This document shows positions 52,356 to 61,747 of a stretch of 64,000 nt of DNA, piece after piece. The stretch lies in NCBI GenBank assembly GCA_963712115.1, contig CAVQGX010000030.1:1-64000 (forward strand). The letters are read 5' to 3'. Position 1 is the first letter of the stretch, and every line of letters starts with the position of its first letter. The notes beneath the pieces are model-generated. The model saw nothing but the letters and a program-made list of their open reading frames with translations. It ran no database searches and was not told the origin of the DNA. This stretch comes from an uncultured delta proteobacterium. Lineage in GTDB: Bacteria; Desulfobacterota; Syntrophobacteria; BM002. The position numbers and the translations under genes were made by a program.

Positions 52356-52470
52356 TTGACCAATTAATCACAATAAGGTAAATTGTCCAACATAGGGAGA
52401 TGCCAGTCTCCCTTGGTGCCCCTTGCCCCTATCGGCCACCGTGCGCCGGGCCGATAGGGGATCTTTTTTT
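52356..52470 (+). ncRNA. Candidate ~80-nt sRNA with promoter and terminator
   Basis: TTGACC-N17-TAAATT; AGGGAGA/TCTCCCT hairpin; CCCCTATCGGCC/GGCCGATAGGGG followed by T7. Confidence 0.5.
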
Positions 52471-52479
52471 GGGGTCCAA

Positions 52480-53451
52480 TCAATAGAAAATTGTCCGCGT
52501 TCGATGATAGGGCAGGGCGCGATAAGCATCCTCTTGCCCCAAATACCAGAGCCAGTTATCTAACTGAGCGGAATTTACCCTGAGGCCCTGGTTGGTTAGC
52601 TTTTGCCGAAGTAGTTCCACAGCCCAAATAGTTGCCGCGCGAATCTCCACTTCTTGAGGACTACCCGCGGGTATATGCACTAGGTTCTGGATGAGGTTTG
52701 CCAATTTTGGTTTGTAGTGAAGTATAGCCAGATGGCGAAGGACCTGGGGTAATTTGTAATCAGCGAAACCGGTGAGGTGTTCCAGATCAGAGAAATTTCC
52801 CCAGGACTGACCCGAGAAAGTGCACCGAAGATCGTGCACCAGCAATTGGGCGCGTTTGTAAAAATAGACCTGCTTGCCGCCGTAGGTAGCTGTGTCGTTG
52901 AAACTAGGAAACTCCCTTGCTAACAAATCAACCAACTTTGTGGCTGAACCGCCAGCCTCCTCAAGCACATGAATAAAGCTCCCCTTGAATCGATCTATTA
53001 GAACCCGTCCGGCTTGACGAAGATTTTTCAGTCGTTCCTCAAAGAGGGGAATCCTACCTCTCCCCCGAAAGATGTGGGCCAGGGTCTGTGAGTCCAGGTC
53101 AGCAAGAGTTGTTGCCCGGTGGATGGGAAATCCCTCCTCGATAGCACGTTTTAGACTGGCAGCCAGCGCCCAGTAACCGGAGAGCGCTTCGTTGTTGTAA
53201 TGAACAGTCCAGCGGGGGGAGCCCACATCTGGCCAGAAGCAATGGTTGACAGTATCAAGCAGGAAAAGCCACTCTGCGGTGGCGGCGGTGGAGTCAAAAA
53301 AGTGGTATGGGGCAGGACCAAGGGTGAGGGGCGAGATTGTAAGATGCGAATTATCAGCTAGAAGGTTTGATATGGCCTTAGTGTCAATATGCACATATTT
53401 GCTCTGTTCCACAACTGCCAAACAAGAGGAAAGAACAGAGAGTAGACTCAT
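52480..53451 (-). CDS. Queuosine salvage hydrolase (DUF2419/Qng1 family)
   Basis: NHCFW, GYWAL, YFYKRAQL, FADYKLPQVL, EVEIRA, YHRTRTIFY. Confidence 0.9.
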   Translation of the reverse strand: MSLLSVLSSCLAVVEQSKYVHIDTKAISNLLADNSHLTISPLTLGPAPYHFFDSTAATAEWLFLLDTVNHCFWPDVGSPRWTVHYNNEALSGYWALAASLKRAIEEGFPIHRATTLADLDSQTLAHIFRGRGRIPLFEERLKNLRQAGRVLIDRFKGSFIHVLEEAGGSATKLVDLLAREFPSFNDTATYGGKQVYFYKRAQLLVHDLRCTFSGQSWGNFSDLEHLTGFADYKLPQVLRHLAILHYKPKLANLIQNLVHIPAGSPQEVEIRAATIWAVELLRQKLTNQGLRVNSAQLDNWLWYLGQEDAYRALPYHRTRTIFY

Positions 53452-53625
53452 GAGCTCTAACGTTTATCGCCAATGGGGTAAGATTTTGCTGCTCTGTCCG
53501 GCGAAATACCTCGAGGAGTGTTGGAGTATTGGAGTACTGCAAAGACGTTAATAGACAGATATAGTTTTAAATGAGCTTTTCCATTACTCCATCGCTCCAG
53601 TACTCCATTACTCCCTTCTTTTCGT

Positions 53626-54015
53626 CTAAGAACTGGCTAAGGATGCAGCCTGCAAGGTAATCCGTCGCAGCCTTCGCACCAGGGTGCGGATGATTTTACG
53701 GAAGTCGGGAGAGAGGCTGTCGTATTCCCGCCTTAGTTTGTCACGATCTAAAACCCCTAACTTTACCTCCCCCTCAGCTACCACTGTGGCCGAACGGGGC
53801 TCCTTTCCCAGGTCCAAGAATTCAAGTTCACCGATAAATTCGCCCTCGCCGAGCTTGGCAACGGTAACTTTGCCTTTTGGGGTGCTCTTGGTTACCTTAA
53901 CCTGACCCTCCATGATTACATACACCCAGTCGCTGAATCCTCCTTCGTCGAAGATAACCGTGCCGTCCGGGTGCGATTCTTCATCACGAATATAAAGCAG
54001 ATCTATCACTTGCAT
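53626..54015 (-). CDS. Stand-alone cNMP-binding domain protein
   Basis: VYVIMEG, GEFIGELEF..PRSATV. Confidence 0.88.
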   Translation of the reverse strand: MQVIDLLYIRDEESHPDGTVIFDEGGFSDWVYVIMEGQVKVTKSTPKGKVTVAKLGEGEFIGELEFLDLGKEPRSATVVAEGEVKLGVLDRDKLRREYDSLSPDFRKIIRTLVRRLRRITLQAASLASS

Positions 54016-54275
54016 CTCCTTCCGCCTTGGCATTAAACTTGGTGAACCACAATAAGTATAGTGTTTTTACTGGCCTTTGTTCAAGCCAAAAGCACAAAGT
54101 TGAAGCTTCCACACCCAGAGGACCTGGCATTGAGTTGGCCTCGGCAGAAGTTTGTGAGGCAGCCACACCGCTTGCTGCAGAAGTAAGTGATGGAGTGACA
54201 GTAATTGCAGAGTTGCAGATTGCAGATTTTAGATTTAAGATTAGTGATTGTGAATATAGATTGAGGAGACAAGCG

Positions 54276-55787
54276 ATGCGAGCTAGTGATTTCCCAGCTG
54301 ATATTCAGCCCCATCTTATTCCTCTTCCTTCAGGTGATCTCGTCTATCGTTGCCTAAAGTGCGAGGAAATCTTTACCATTGAGTCGCTACTCTATACCTG
54401 CCCTGAGTGCAAGAGCATTCTCTTGATTGAAGATCGTCAATGGGAACGGTTGAAAGAGTTCAGCGGATCATTCTGGCGGCGTCTGTTTGACTACCGTAAG
54501 ATGCTCAACCACCCTGCCTTGAAGGGAATTTTCCTTTTCTACGAGATAATTGCCCCAGTGATACCGTTGGAGGACATTATTTACTTGGGTGAGGGTCATA
54601 CCCCGGTAGTTCGGGCGAACGATGGACTGCGAGATTGGGTAGGAGTCGATTTCTACTTCAAAAATGACGGGCAAAACCCGAGCGCTTCTTTTAAAGACAG
54701 AGGCATGGCATGTGCCTTGAGCTATTTGAATTATATTGTCCGCAGTCAAAACTTGACAGAAGTGCTGTCCATATGTGCCTCCACTGGAGATACTTCAGCA
54801 GCCGCAGCTCTCTACTCTGCCTACATGAGCAAAAAGGTTAAATCGGCGGTCCTCTTGCCTCACAAAAAGGTAACGCCCCAACAAATCTCTCAGCCTCTGG
54901 GAAGCGGTGCTCGGGTCTTCGAGATCCCCGGGGTATTTGACGACTGCATGAAGGTAGTAGAGCATCTTGCTGATAATTACCATGTGGCACTGCTCAATTC
55001 AAAGAACGCCTGGCGCATCCAAGGGCAAGAGTCCTACTCCTTTGAAGTAGCTCAGGGCTTTGACTATGACCTGGCAAACAAGGTGGTTATAGTGCCCATC
55101 GGGAATGCTGGTAATATTACCGCGGTTATGGGGGGTTTTCTGAAGCTCCTCGACCTTGGAGTGATAGATACTCTGCCCAAGATTATTGGCGTCCAGTCGG
55201 AGCATGCCGATCCAGTCTATAGGTACTATCGAGAATCCGACCCAAGTAAAAGGATATTTCGTCCTGTGACTGTCAGACCCAGTGTGGCCCAAGCAGCCAT
55301 GATAGGTAATCCCGTTTCCATGCCCAGGGTAATACGTTTGGTTGAAGCTTACGAAAAGGTTCCAGGCAGTCCCGGGGTCTTTGTAGTGCAGGTAGGTGAA
55401 CAGGAGATTATGGACTGCCAACTAATTGCCAACCGAAATGGCCATATCGCTTGTACTCAAGGGGGAGAATGTTTGGCTGGTTTGCTTAGGGCCCGACAAG
55501 AAGGGATTGTATCAGAAGGAGAGGTTGCGGTGCTTGATGCTACCGCTCACGCTCTCAAATTTGCCGGCTTCCAAGAAAACTATTTTGGCGACAAGTTGGA
55601 CGCAGCCTATGAAATTGTGCCGAAAGATGAATTGAGGAATTTCCCCACTCTGATTGAAGCTCCGGGAGTGAAAAGAATGCCCGCACCGGGGAAACCCTTA
55701 CCTGAAAATGAGTTTCAGAATTTCGTGGAGGCAACCGCCAGTGAAATTGCCCGAGAACTTGACCTGAAAGCGAAAGGGTCGGGATAG
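54276..55787 (+). CDS. thrC: Threonine synthase
   Basis: LGEGHTP, NPSASFKDRG, CASTGDTS, NSKNAWR, VPIGNAGN, TAHALKF. Confidence 0.92.
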   Translation: MRASDFPADIQPHLIPLPSGDLVYRCLKCEEIFTIESLLYTCPECKSILLIEDRQWERLKEFSGSFWRRLFDYRKMLNHPALKGIFLFYEIIAPVIPLEDIIYLGEGHTPVVRANDGLRDWVGVDFYFKNDGQNPSASFKDRGMACALSYLNYIVRSQNLTEVLSICASTGDTSAAAALYSAYMSKKVKSAVLLPHKKVTPQQISQPLGSGARVFEIPGVFDDCMKVVEHLADNYHVALLNSKNAWRIQGQESYSFEVAQGFDYDLANKVVIVPIGNAGNITAVMGGFLKLLDLGVIDTLPKIIGVQSEHADPVYRYYRESDPSKRIFRPVTVRPSVAQAAMIGNPVSMPRVIRLVEAYEKVPGSPGVFVVQVGEQEIMDCQLIANRNGHIACTQGGECLAGLLRARQEGIVSEGEVAVLDATAHALKFAGFQENYFGDKLDAAYEIVPKDELRNFPTLIEAPGVKRMPAPGKPLPENEFQNFVEATASEIARELDLKAKGSG

Positions 55788-56097
55788 TCGATGAATCTTT
55801 CATACAAAGCATGGAGCATAGGGCATAGAGCATAGGGCATAGAGCATAGAGTAAGGAGCCAGAAGTCGGAGGTCAGAGATCGGAGGACAGACGACAGACG
55901 ACGGATGCATTCAAGTTCAAGGTTCAAAGTTCCAAGTCCAGAGCTAAGAATGAACGGTTTCCACTGCTCACGGCTTACCGCTTACTTTAGGTTTTAACGG
56001 TTTAAACGATTTGAACGGCTTGAAAGAGTTGACTTTACGCTGTGCGTTTGGCGTTCTGCGCTCTGCGGCAGACTCTTTTTGCACTTTGTGGTAAAAA

Positions 56098-56388
56098 TCA
56101 CCCCTCGACGCTCTGAGACAAGTTGCCTAGGCTTCGGCAGGTTTTTTCCAGAGTTGCAGATGGATTGAGGTAATATTGCCGCATTTGATTGGCATCGAGT
56201 GCCTCGAATATTATGCGATGGCGGTCAAGTTCCTCCAAAGCGCTGACTAGCGACTCGGGTCTGTCATTCCAAAATGTTCCCGCCGACTCAATAGTAATCG
56301 GCGTACCACTTTCGGCAAGATTGCAGATTAGTATATAGGCCGAAGTGGCTTCCACAGACAAATTCAAACTAAAAATCTTCCGATCCAT
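56098..56388 (-). CDS. Conserved hypothetical protein
   Basis: IFSLNLSVEATSAYILIC..WN..ALEEL; AAGGAG RBS. Confidence 0.6.
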   Translation of the reverse strand: MDRKIFSLNLSVEATSAYILICNLAESGTPITIESAGTFWNDRPESLVSALEELDRHRIIFEALDANQMRQYYLNPSATLEKTCRSLGNLSQSVEG

Positions 56389-56463
56389 GACCTTAGATCT
56401 CCTTGTTCTCTAGCGGGTAGCAGGGGCTATAATAATATCTTATGAAGCACAAGGAAAGACTTC

Positions 56464-56783
56464 GAGCCCGGATATTTCATGAATTCACGCCCTGGCGTGA
56501 CTGCGACCACGGATATGGCCGTCCTTCCTGGCGTCCTCGGGTGTCAGCCCCTGCGACGTACCGTTCAGGTACGCCTCGGCTTCGATCTTGGATTTCGGAT
56601 TTCGGATCTCGGGTTTTTGACTACAATTGATGATAATGAACTCAACAGTTCAGGTTTTGCCATTTGTTCTCTGGTTCTCACAAAATTTTCAGCAAATTTT
56701 CAATCCGCATTCCGCAATGGTCGACCCGGTGGCACGCCCATCTTCGTGGTCTCGCGACAGCAATTCATATAATATCCGGACTA
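56464..56783. mobile_element. MITE-like element family A, copy 4, with a nested ~140-bp heptamer-flanked insert
   Basis: Same TIRs and core; insert GGATTTCGGATTTCG...CAATCCGCATTCCGC at about 56580-56722. Confidence 0.8.
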
Positions 56784-57006
56784 GACGATTAAATGTTGAA
56801 CACTCTGGATCTTTCACCGTTTTTTGCATAGGTCAGTCCACCCCAAAAGAGGGTATGTCACTAAAAATGGCGCTAATATGATTACATTTTTGTAGTTGCA
56901 AGTGATTTTGTTATTGAGTATGTTTTTTTTGATTCAAACACCTTCACCTAATACTTTCGCAGGGTTTGTGGAGGACGGTGAAAGATATTTAGGACAGGAT
57001 AAAGCA

Positions 57007-59310
57007 ATGGCAAATGTCTATGATAACGTCCTAGAGCTAATCGGCAACACACCTTTGATTCGGGTAAACCGCCTCAATTCCAATGCAAAGGTGACCATTT
57101 ATGCCAAGCTGGAGTCTCGAAACCCCGGTGGTTCAGTTAAGGATCGCATTGCTCTTCAGATGGTCGAGCAGGCGGAGCTTAGAGGAGAGCTTACGCCGGA
57201 AAAGACGATAATCGAGGCCACCAGTGGAAATACTGGCATTGGTTTGGCCGTGGTGGCCGCAGTGAAAGGATATCGCATTACCCTGGCCATGCCTGAGACT
57301 GCCAGTCAGGAGCGTCAGAAGATTCTCAAGGCACTTGGTGCCGAGATCTTACTTACCCCTGGGACCCTAGGAACGGACGGTGCAATCGAAAAGGTTTATG
57401 AGCTGGCACGCCAGTTTCCAGGTCGCTATTTCATGCCTGACCAGTTCAATAATGAAGACAACTGGAAGGCGCACTATTTCTCAACTGCCAAGGAAATCTG
57501 GGAACAGACTGAGGGTAAAGTTACTCATGTTATAGCAACTCTTGGCACTACCGGCACGGCTATCGGCATAACGAAACGCTTGAAAGAGTACGACCAGGAC
57601 ATCTGCGTTATTGCTGTGGAGCCCTATATGGGACACAAAATTCAAGGGCTCAAGAATATGAAAGAGTCATATGTTCCCGGGATTTTTGACAAAGAAATCT
57701 TGGATGAGATAGTTCATATTGAGGACGCCGAGGCTTTCGAAACAGCCAGGAGACTGGCCCGGGAAGAAGGCCTTTTTGTGGGAATGAGCGGTGGGGCTTC
57801 CATGGCGGCGGCCCTCCGCACTGCAAGCACCTTGGAAGGGGGATACATTGTGGCCATCCTCCCCGATGGTGGTGAACGTTATCTCAGCACGAACCTATTT
57901 ACCACTCTGTCGGAGCCGGATTTTCGCTTTTACAATACCTTCTCGCGTCAAAAAGAAGAATTCAAGCCGATCTCGGAAGGCAAAATCTCTCTTTTTACCA
58001 CCGGTCCAACGGTGGGGGAATCACTCGAGCTAACCGAGAGTCGCCGTTTGGTGGTGGCCGATCTCCTCCGGAGGTATTTGGAATATAAGGGTTTTGAGGT
58101 AAGCCAAGTGGTCAACATAACCGACATGGGAGAAAAAGCCATATTGGATTCTAGTTATGACTTAGATACTGACGCCGAGCGGTACATGGAGATCTGCCGG
58201 CGGGATACAGAAGTCTTGGGTGTACAACCGGCCACTTACTATCCCCGCACAAGCGAACACGTGGATGATATTCTGAACATTAGCAAGGCATTGATGGAAA
58301 AGGGTGTCGCCTACGAAAAACTCCGTTCGGTATATTTTGACATCTCCAAATTCGCTGACTACGGTAAACTATCTCGGGTGGATCTGCAAAAAATAAGGCT
58401 GGGTAAGACCGTTGACCTTGAAGCTTATGAGAAGGAGAACCCCCGTGATTTCACTCTCCTTAGACGGGCTACTCTGGCCGAGCTGAAACGGGGGATCTAT
58501 TTAAAAACCACCTGGGGAAACGTGCTGCCCTCCCTGCATCTCGAGACAGTAGCTCTAGCCACTAAACAATTGGGGGTGACCATAGACATTCATGTAAGCA
58601 GTTTAGACTTTTTATTTCCCCACAACGAAAACGAAATCGCCATCGCCCAAGCAGCTACGGGTAAACCTCTCGCCAACTACTACATTCATTGCGAGCGGGT
58701 GCTTATGGATGGCAAGAAGATGTCAAGGGAAGGTGAAGGTAGGGAGACGGTGCAGCAACTGCTAAATCGGGGCTACAGTGGCAGACAGATACGCTACTGG
58801 TTGTTGGCTACACATTATCGTAAGCCACTGCACTATGAAGAGGACAGATTAGAGGAAGTTGCACGGAGTCTGGAACGGTTGGATGAATTTATCCAAAGGT
58901 TGCACCATGTGGTTACAGGCAAGGCTGCTGAGGAGGTCAATCAGTTAATCTATGAAGTTGAGCAGAATTTTGACGAGGCAATGGGCGACGACCTGAACAT
59001 ATCATCAGCCCTTGCTGCTGTCTTCGGTTTTATCCGCAAACTCAATCCATACATTTCCGAGGGCAGTCTGAGCGAGGGCCAAAAGGAAGCGGCACTTGCG
59101 GTGATGGGACGACTGGATTCTGTACTGAATATTATTCACTGCCCTGAGGTTGATCTTGATGAGAAAACCTGTAGACTTCTGGAAGCCAGAGCTGAGGCCA
59201 GACGGAGTAAGCGGTGGGAAGAGGCTGACCGGATTCGCCAAGAACTTCTGGAGCTTGGTATCAGGGTTGTTGATACTCCGGAGGGCACTCGCTGGAAACG
59301 GGCGGACTAA
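57007..59310 (+). CDS. Cysteine synthase fused to a degenerate cysteinyl-tRNA synthetase
   Basis: N-terminal NPGGSVKDR, TSGNTG, KIQG, DGGERYLS; C-terminal YNTFSR, GPTV, NITD, YGKLS, FPHNENE, KMS, HYR, DDLN, ADRIR. Confidence 0.92.
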   Translation: MANVYDNVLELIGNTPLIRVNRLNSNAKVTIYAKLESRNPGGSVKDRIALQMVEQAELRGELTPEKTIIEATSGNTGIGLAVVAAVKGYRITLAMPETASQERQKILKALGAEILLTPGTLGTDGAIEKVYELARQFPGRYFMPDQFNNEDNWKAHYFSTAKEIWEQTEGKVTHVIATLGTTGTAIGITKRLKEYDQDICVIAVEPYMGHKIQGLKNMKESYVPGIFDKEILDEIVHIEDAEAFETARRLAREEGLFVGMSGGASMAAALRTASTLEGGYIVAILPDGGERYLSTNLFTTLSEPDFRFYNTFSRQKEEFKPISEGKISLFTTGPTVGESLELTESRRLVVADLLRRYLEYKGFEVSQVVNITDMGEKAILDSSYDLDTDAERYMEICRRDTEVLGVQPATYYPRTSEHVDDILNISKALMEKGVAYEKLRSVYFDISKFADYGKLSRVDLQKIRLGKTVDLEAYEKENPRDFTLLRRATLAELKRGIYLKTTWGNVLPSLHLETVALATKQLGVTIDIHVSSLDFLFPHNENEIAIAQAATGKPLANYYIHCERVLMDGKKMSREGEGRETVQQLLNRGYSGRQIRYWLLATHYRKPLHYEEDRLEEVARSLERLDEFIQRLHHVVTGKAAEEVNQLIYEVEQNFDEAMGDDLNISSALAAVFGFIRKLNPYISEGSLSEGQKEAALAVMGRLDSVLNIIHCPEVDLDEKTCRLLEARAEARRSKRWEEADRIRQELLELGIRVVDTPEGTRWKRAD

Positions 59311-59312
59311 TA

Positions 59313-60086
59313 TCATTTCCTTAGTTGGCGAATCTCAACATCCGATCCGTTACCTACCACCACAATACGAAGGGAAATGGCTTTTTGCTTCTGGGGATTG
59401 GCCAATCTGTGAACCTCCACCTGACTTTGATCCAAGTGACCTATCCTTTGCAATTCGCGGAGTAGATGGGAAAAACGTTGCCCTGGCACTTCGACATCGA
59501 TCAAACGAGCCGAACTGGAATTAAGGGGGCGAGTAGGCTCCCTTTCCTGTATCATTGAACCGGAGATAGAACGAAGCATAGATTCCAGCTCGCGATCAGC
59601 CCTAGAGAAATCTTTGACTCTGAGGACCATTACCGGGACAGGAGGTTGGCCCGCCCCACGTCTCGTTGTGAACTTGGCCGTTGGCTGACTAGCAGGTTCG
59701 CCTATAATCAAGTTATTATTTTGGTCTGATACAAGAGACCTGAGGGAAAAGGATGGCAGCAGAACCTGCCAGAGGGTAAGGGAGATGACTAATACTACCG
59801 CTGCACCCACCCCCAGTGGGAGCCACCTTGGGAGATAGGTGAAAGGCCAAATAAGCTTTCGCAGGCGACGTTCCTTCAACCTTGCCATTACTACTGCACT
59901 GAGATGTGCGGGAGGATGCAGATTTGGCAGTCGGCTCAAGATTTCCTTGGTTTTCTGCAGAGAGTTCCATTTGCGATAGCAAGACAAGCATTTCCGCAGA
60001 TGGAACTGCAGTGTTTCGCGCTCCTCCAGAGAAAGCTCGCCGTCCAGATAATCATTGAACTGTGATACGTACTTACGGCACTCCAT
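59313..60086 (-). CDS. zf-HC2 anti-sigma factor
   Basis: YLDGEL..HLRKCLSC; one TM helix. Confidence 0.88.
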   Translation of the reverse strand: MECRKYVSQFNDYLDGELSLEERETLQFHLRKCLSCYRKWNSLQKTKEILSRLPNLHPPAHLSAVVMARLKERRLRKLIWPFTYLPRWLPLGVGAAVVLVISLTLWQVLLPSFSLRSLVSDQNNNLIIGEPASQPTAKFTTRRGAGQPPVPVMVLRVKDFSRADRELESMLRSISGSMIQEREPTRPLNSSSARLIDVEVPGQRFSHLLRELQRIGHLDQSQVEVHRLANPQKQKAISLRIVVVGNGSDVEIRQLRK

Positions 60087-60089
60087 GGG

Positions 60090-60713
60090 CTACTCTAGTT
60101 TATCTGCCAAACATTGCTGCAAAGTGGCTCTAGCGCGATGTAGTCGCGATTTCACTGTGCCCGGGTTAAGGGAGAGCATTTCACCCAACTCCTCGTAGGA
60201 AAAACCCTGCACATCTCTCAACACCAATATCTTCCTTGCCTGGGGAGCCATCTGATTAAGGCATTGCTGCACCTGGGTGGCCATGCTTTTCGTCAATGTC
60301 CACTGCTCCGGTGTTGGAGCGCTGTCAGCCAGGAACTCTGGGTTTTCCCAGGGGCTTTCTTCTCTGTACTGTGTTCGCCTGCTCTGCTTGGCAAAAAAGT
60401 CTCTTCTCGATAAGTATTTTATACGATTGCGTGTTTGATTTAGAGCGATCCGATAGAGCCAGGTAGAAAACTTGGACTCGCCGCGAAATCTCCGGATGCC
60501 CCTGAAAGCAGCCACGAAGATATCCTGAGTCAAATCCTCAGCCTCTTCCTCGTTTCCTAACATGCGATAAGTGAAATTGTAGATCTGTTTTTCATGTAGT
60601 CTCATTAGCTGAGCAAAAGAATCTCGGTCTCCTTGTCGACAACGATCAACGAGAAGTTGTTCCTCCTCACGCTTAACAGATCTACTTTGTTGAGCCAAAG
60701 GTCTCGTTCCCAT
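60090..60713 (-). CDS. rpoE: ECF sigma factor (RpoE-like)
   Basis: AEDLTQDIF, FRGESKFSTWLYRIA, GFSYEE, GTVKSRLHRAR. Confidence 0.9.
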   Translation of the reverse strand: MGTRPLAQQSRSVKREEEQLLVDRCRQGDRDSFAQLMRLHEKQIYNFTYRMLGNEEEAEDLTQDIFVAAFRGIRRFRGESKFSTWLYRIALNQTRNRIKYLSRRDFFAKQSRRTQYREESPWENPEFLADSAPTPEQWTLTKSMATQVQQCLNQMAPQARKILVLRDVQGFSYEELGEMLSLNPGTVKSRLHRARATLQQCLADKLE

Positions 60714-60722
60714 TTGTGGGGA

Positions 60723-60749
60723 TTAGACAACTACAACCGGAAAAAGTTC
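60723..60749 (-). promoter_or_regulatory. SigmaE-type autoregulatory promoter
   Basis: GAACTT-N16-TCTAA directly upstream of rpoE. Confidence 0.75.
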
Positions 60750-61108
60750 TATCCGGTTTCCGTCAAAAAATAACATAAATTACTCCCCTTTGTCCAAAAC
60801 CCAGCTCTTGAACGGATAGGGGGAGGGGGATAAGCTTTTGGGAGCAGTGCAAGTATGAAGTTTTGATGGAATTTTTAAACCGCAGAATATCGAACAAGGA
60901 ATATCGAATATTGAAGTCATCACTTCATGATTCTGCGGTTTCTTGTTCTACATTCGATATTAAATGGTCTCAACCAGTGGCAATCATCTCTGAAAACAGC
61001 CGTGTCTCAAGTATGTATAGAGATCAACCCGTTGAGGGGGAGGAAATTTTGAGGTTGCCGGGCAATCTCTATCTGGATTTTTCAGTTGTATTTAGAAAGG
61101 CAAACCCA

Positions 61109-61744
61109 TTAAAAGTCAGAAAGGGGCATCTTGGCCAAAGGTTTGAGGTAGGAGGTGTCGTTAAGGAAGGCAATGATCCATTGCCCGTCCCTGTAAATGA
61201 ACAGATTGGTGCTAGCGGTGTCCTGTTGAATGCGCCAGAAGTGACTGTTGTCCAAGCCCAGCATAGCGCAACAGATTACTTTGTTCGGAACCCGGTGGGC
61301 AACCAGGACAAAATTCTCATTTTTATGTTTAGCCAGAAGATCTTCCAAACCCTTCATAGTGCGGGATCGGACCTCATCAAGGCTCTCACCTCCAGGAAAC
61401 TTGATTTTGTGAGGTTCGCGCTGCCACAAAGCGTGGAGTTCTGGATACTTTTTCTTGACCTCTTGGTTTTCCAGTCCCTCCCATTCTCCGTAACTTATAT
61501 CGATTATGGCATCAAAGGGTGTAACCGGGATGTTATGAAACTTCGCTATGTTCTCAGCTGTTTCTATGGATCTGGAAAGGGGGCTGCTGTACACAGCATG
61601 GAGGGTCTCATCTTTGAGTGCTTCACCCGCCAGGTGCACTTCTTGTTTTCCCGTCTCATCTAAGGGGATATCCGCCCGTCCTCGAAAGATTTCACCCACG
61701 TTCCAAGCAGTCTGGCCATGGCGCACCAGGTAGACTTTGGACAC
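61109..61744 (-). CDS. Histidine phosphatase (CobC/PspA/GpmB-like)
   Basis: LVRHGQTAWN, YSSPLSR, YGEWEG, PGGES, VAH. Confidence 0.9.
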   Translation of the reverse strand: MSKVYLVRHGQTAWNVGEIFRGRADIPLDETGKQEVHLAGEALKDETLHAVYSSPLSRSIETAENIAKFHNIPVTPFDAIIDISYGEWEGLENQEVKKKYPELHALWQREPHKIKFPGGESLDEVRSRTMKGLEDLLAKHKNENFVLVAHRVPNKVICCAMLGLDNSHFWRIQQDTASTNLFIYRDGQWIIAFLNDTSYLKPLAKMPLSDF

Positions 61745-61747
61745 TAT

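Noticed and set aside
54027-54275. Long N-terminal extensions in the ORF track (thrC; likewise hisB, galE, the beta-barrel and the CysK fusion)
   Set aside because: Upstream alternative starts run through promoters or repeats; family homology, and usually an SD, support the downstream starts.
60863-61663. 266-aa plus-strand ORF and similar long antisense ORFs (17909-18694, 29845-30531)
   Set aside because: Shadows of well-supported genes on the opposite strand, with no motifs of their own.
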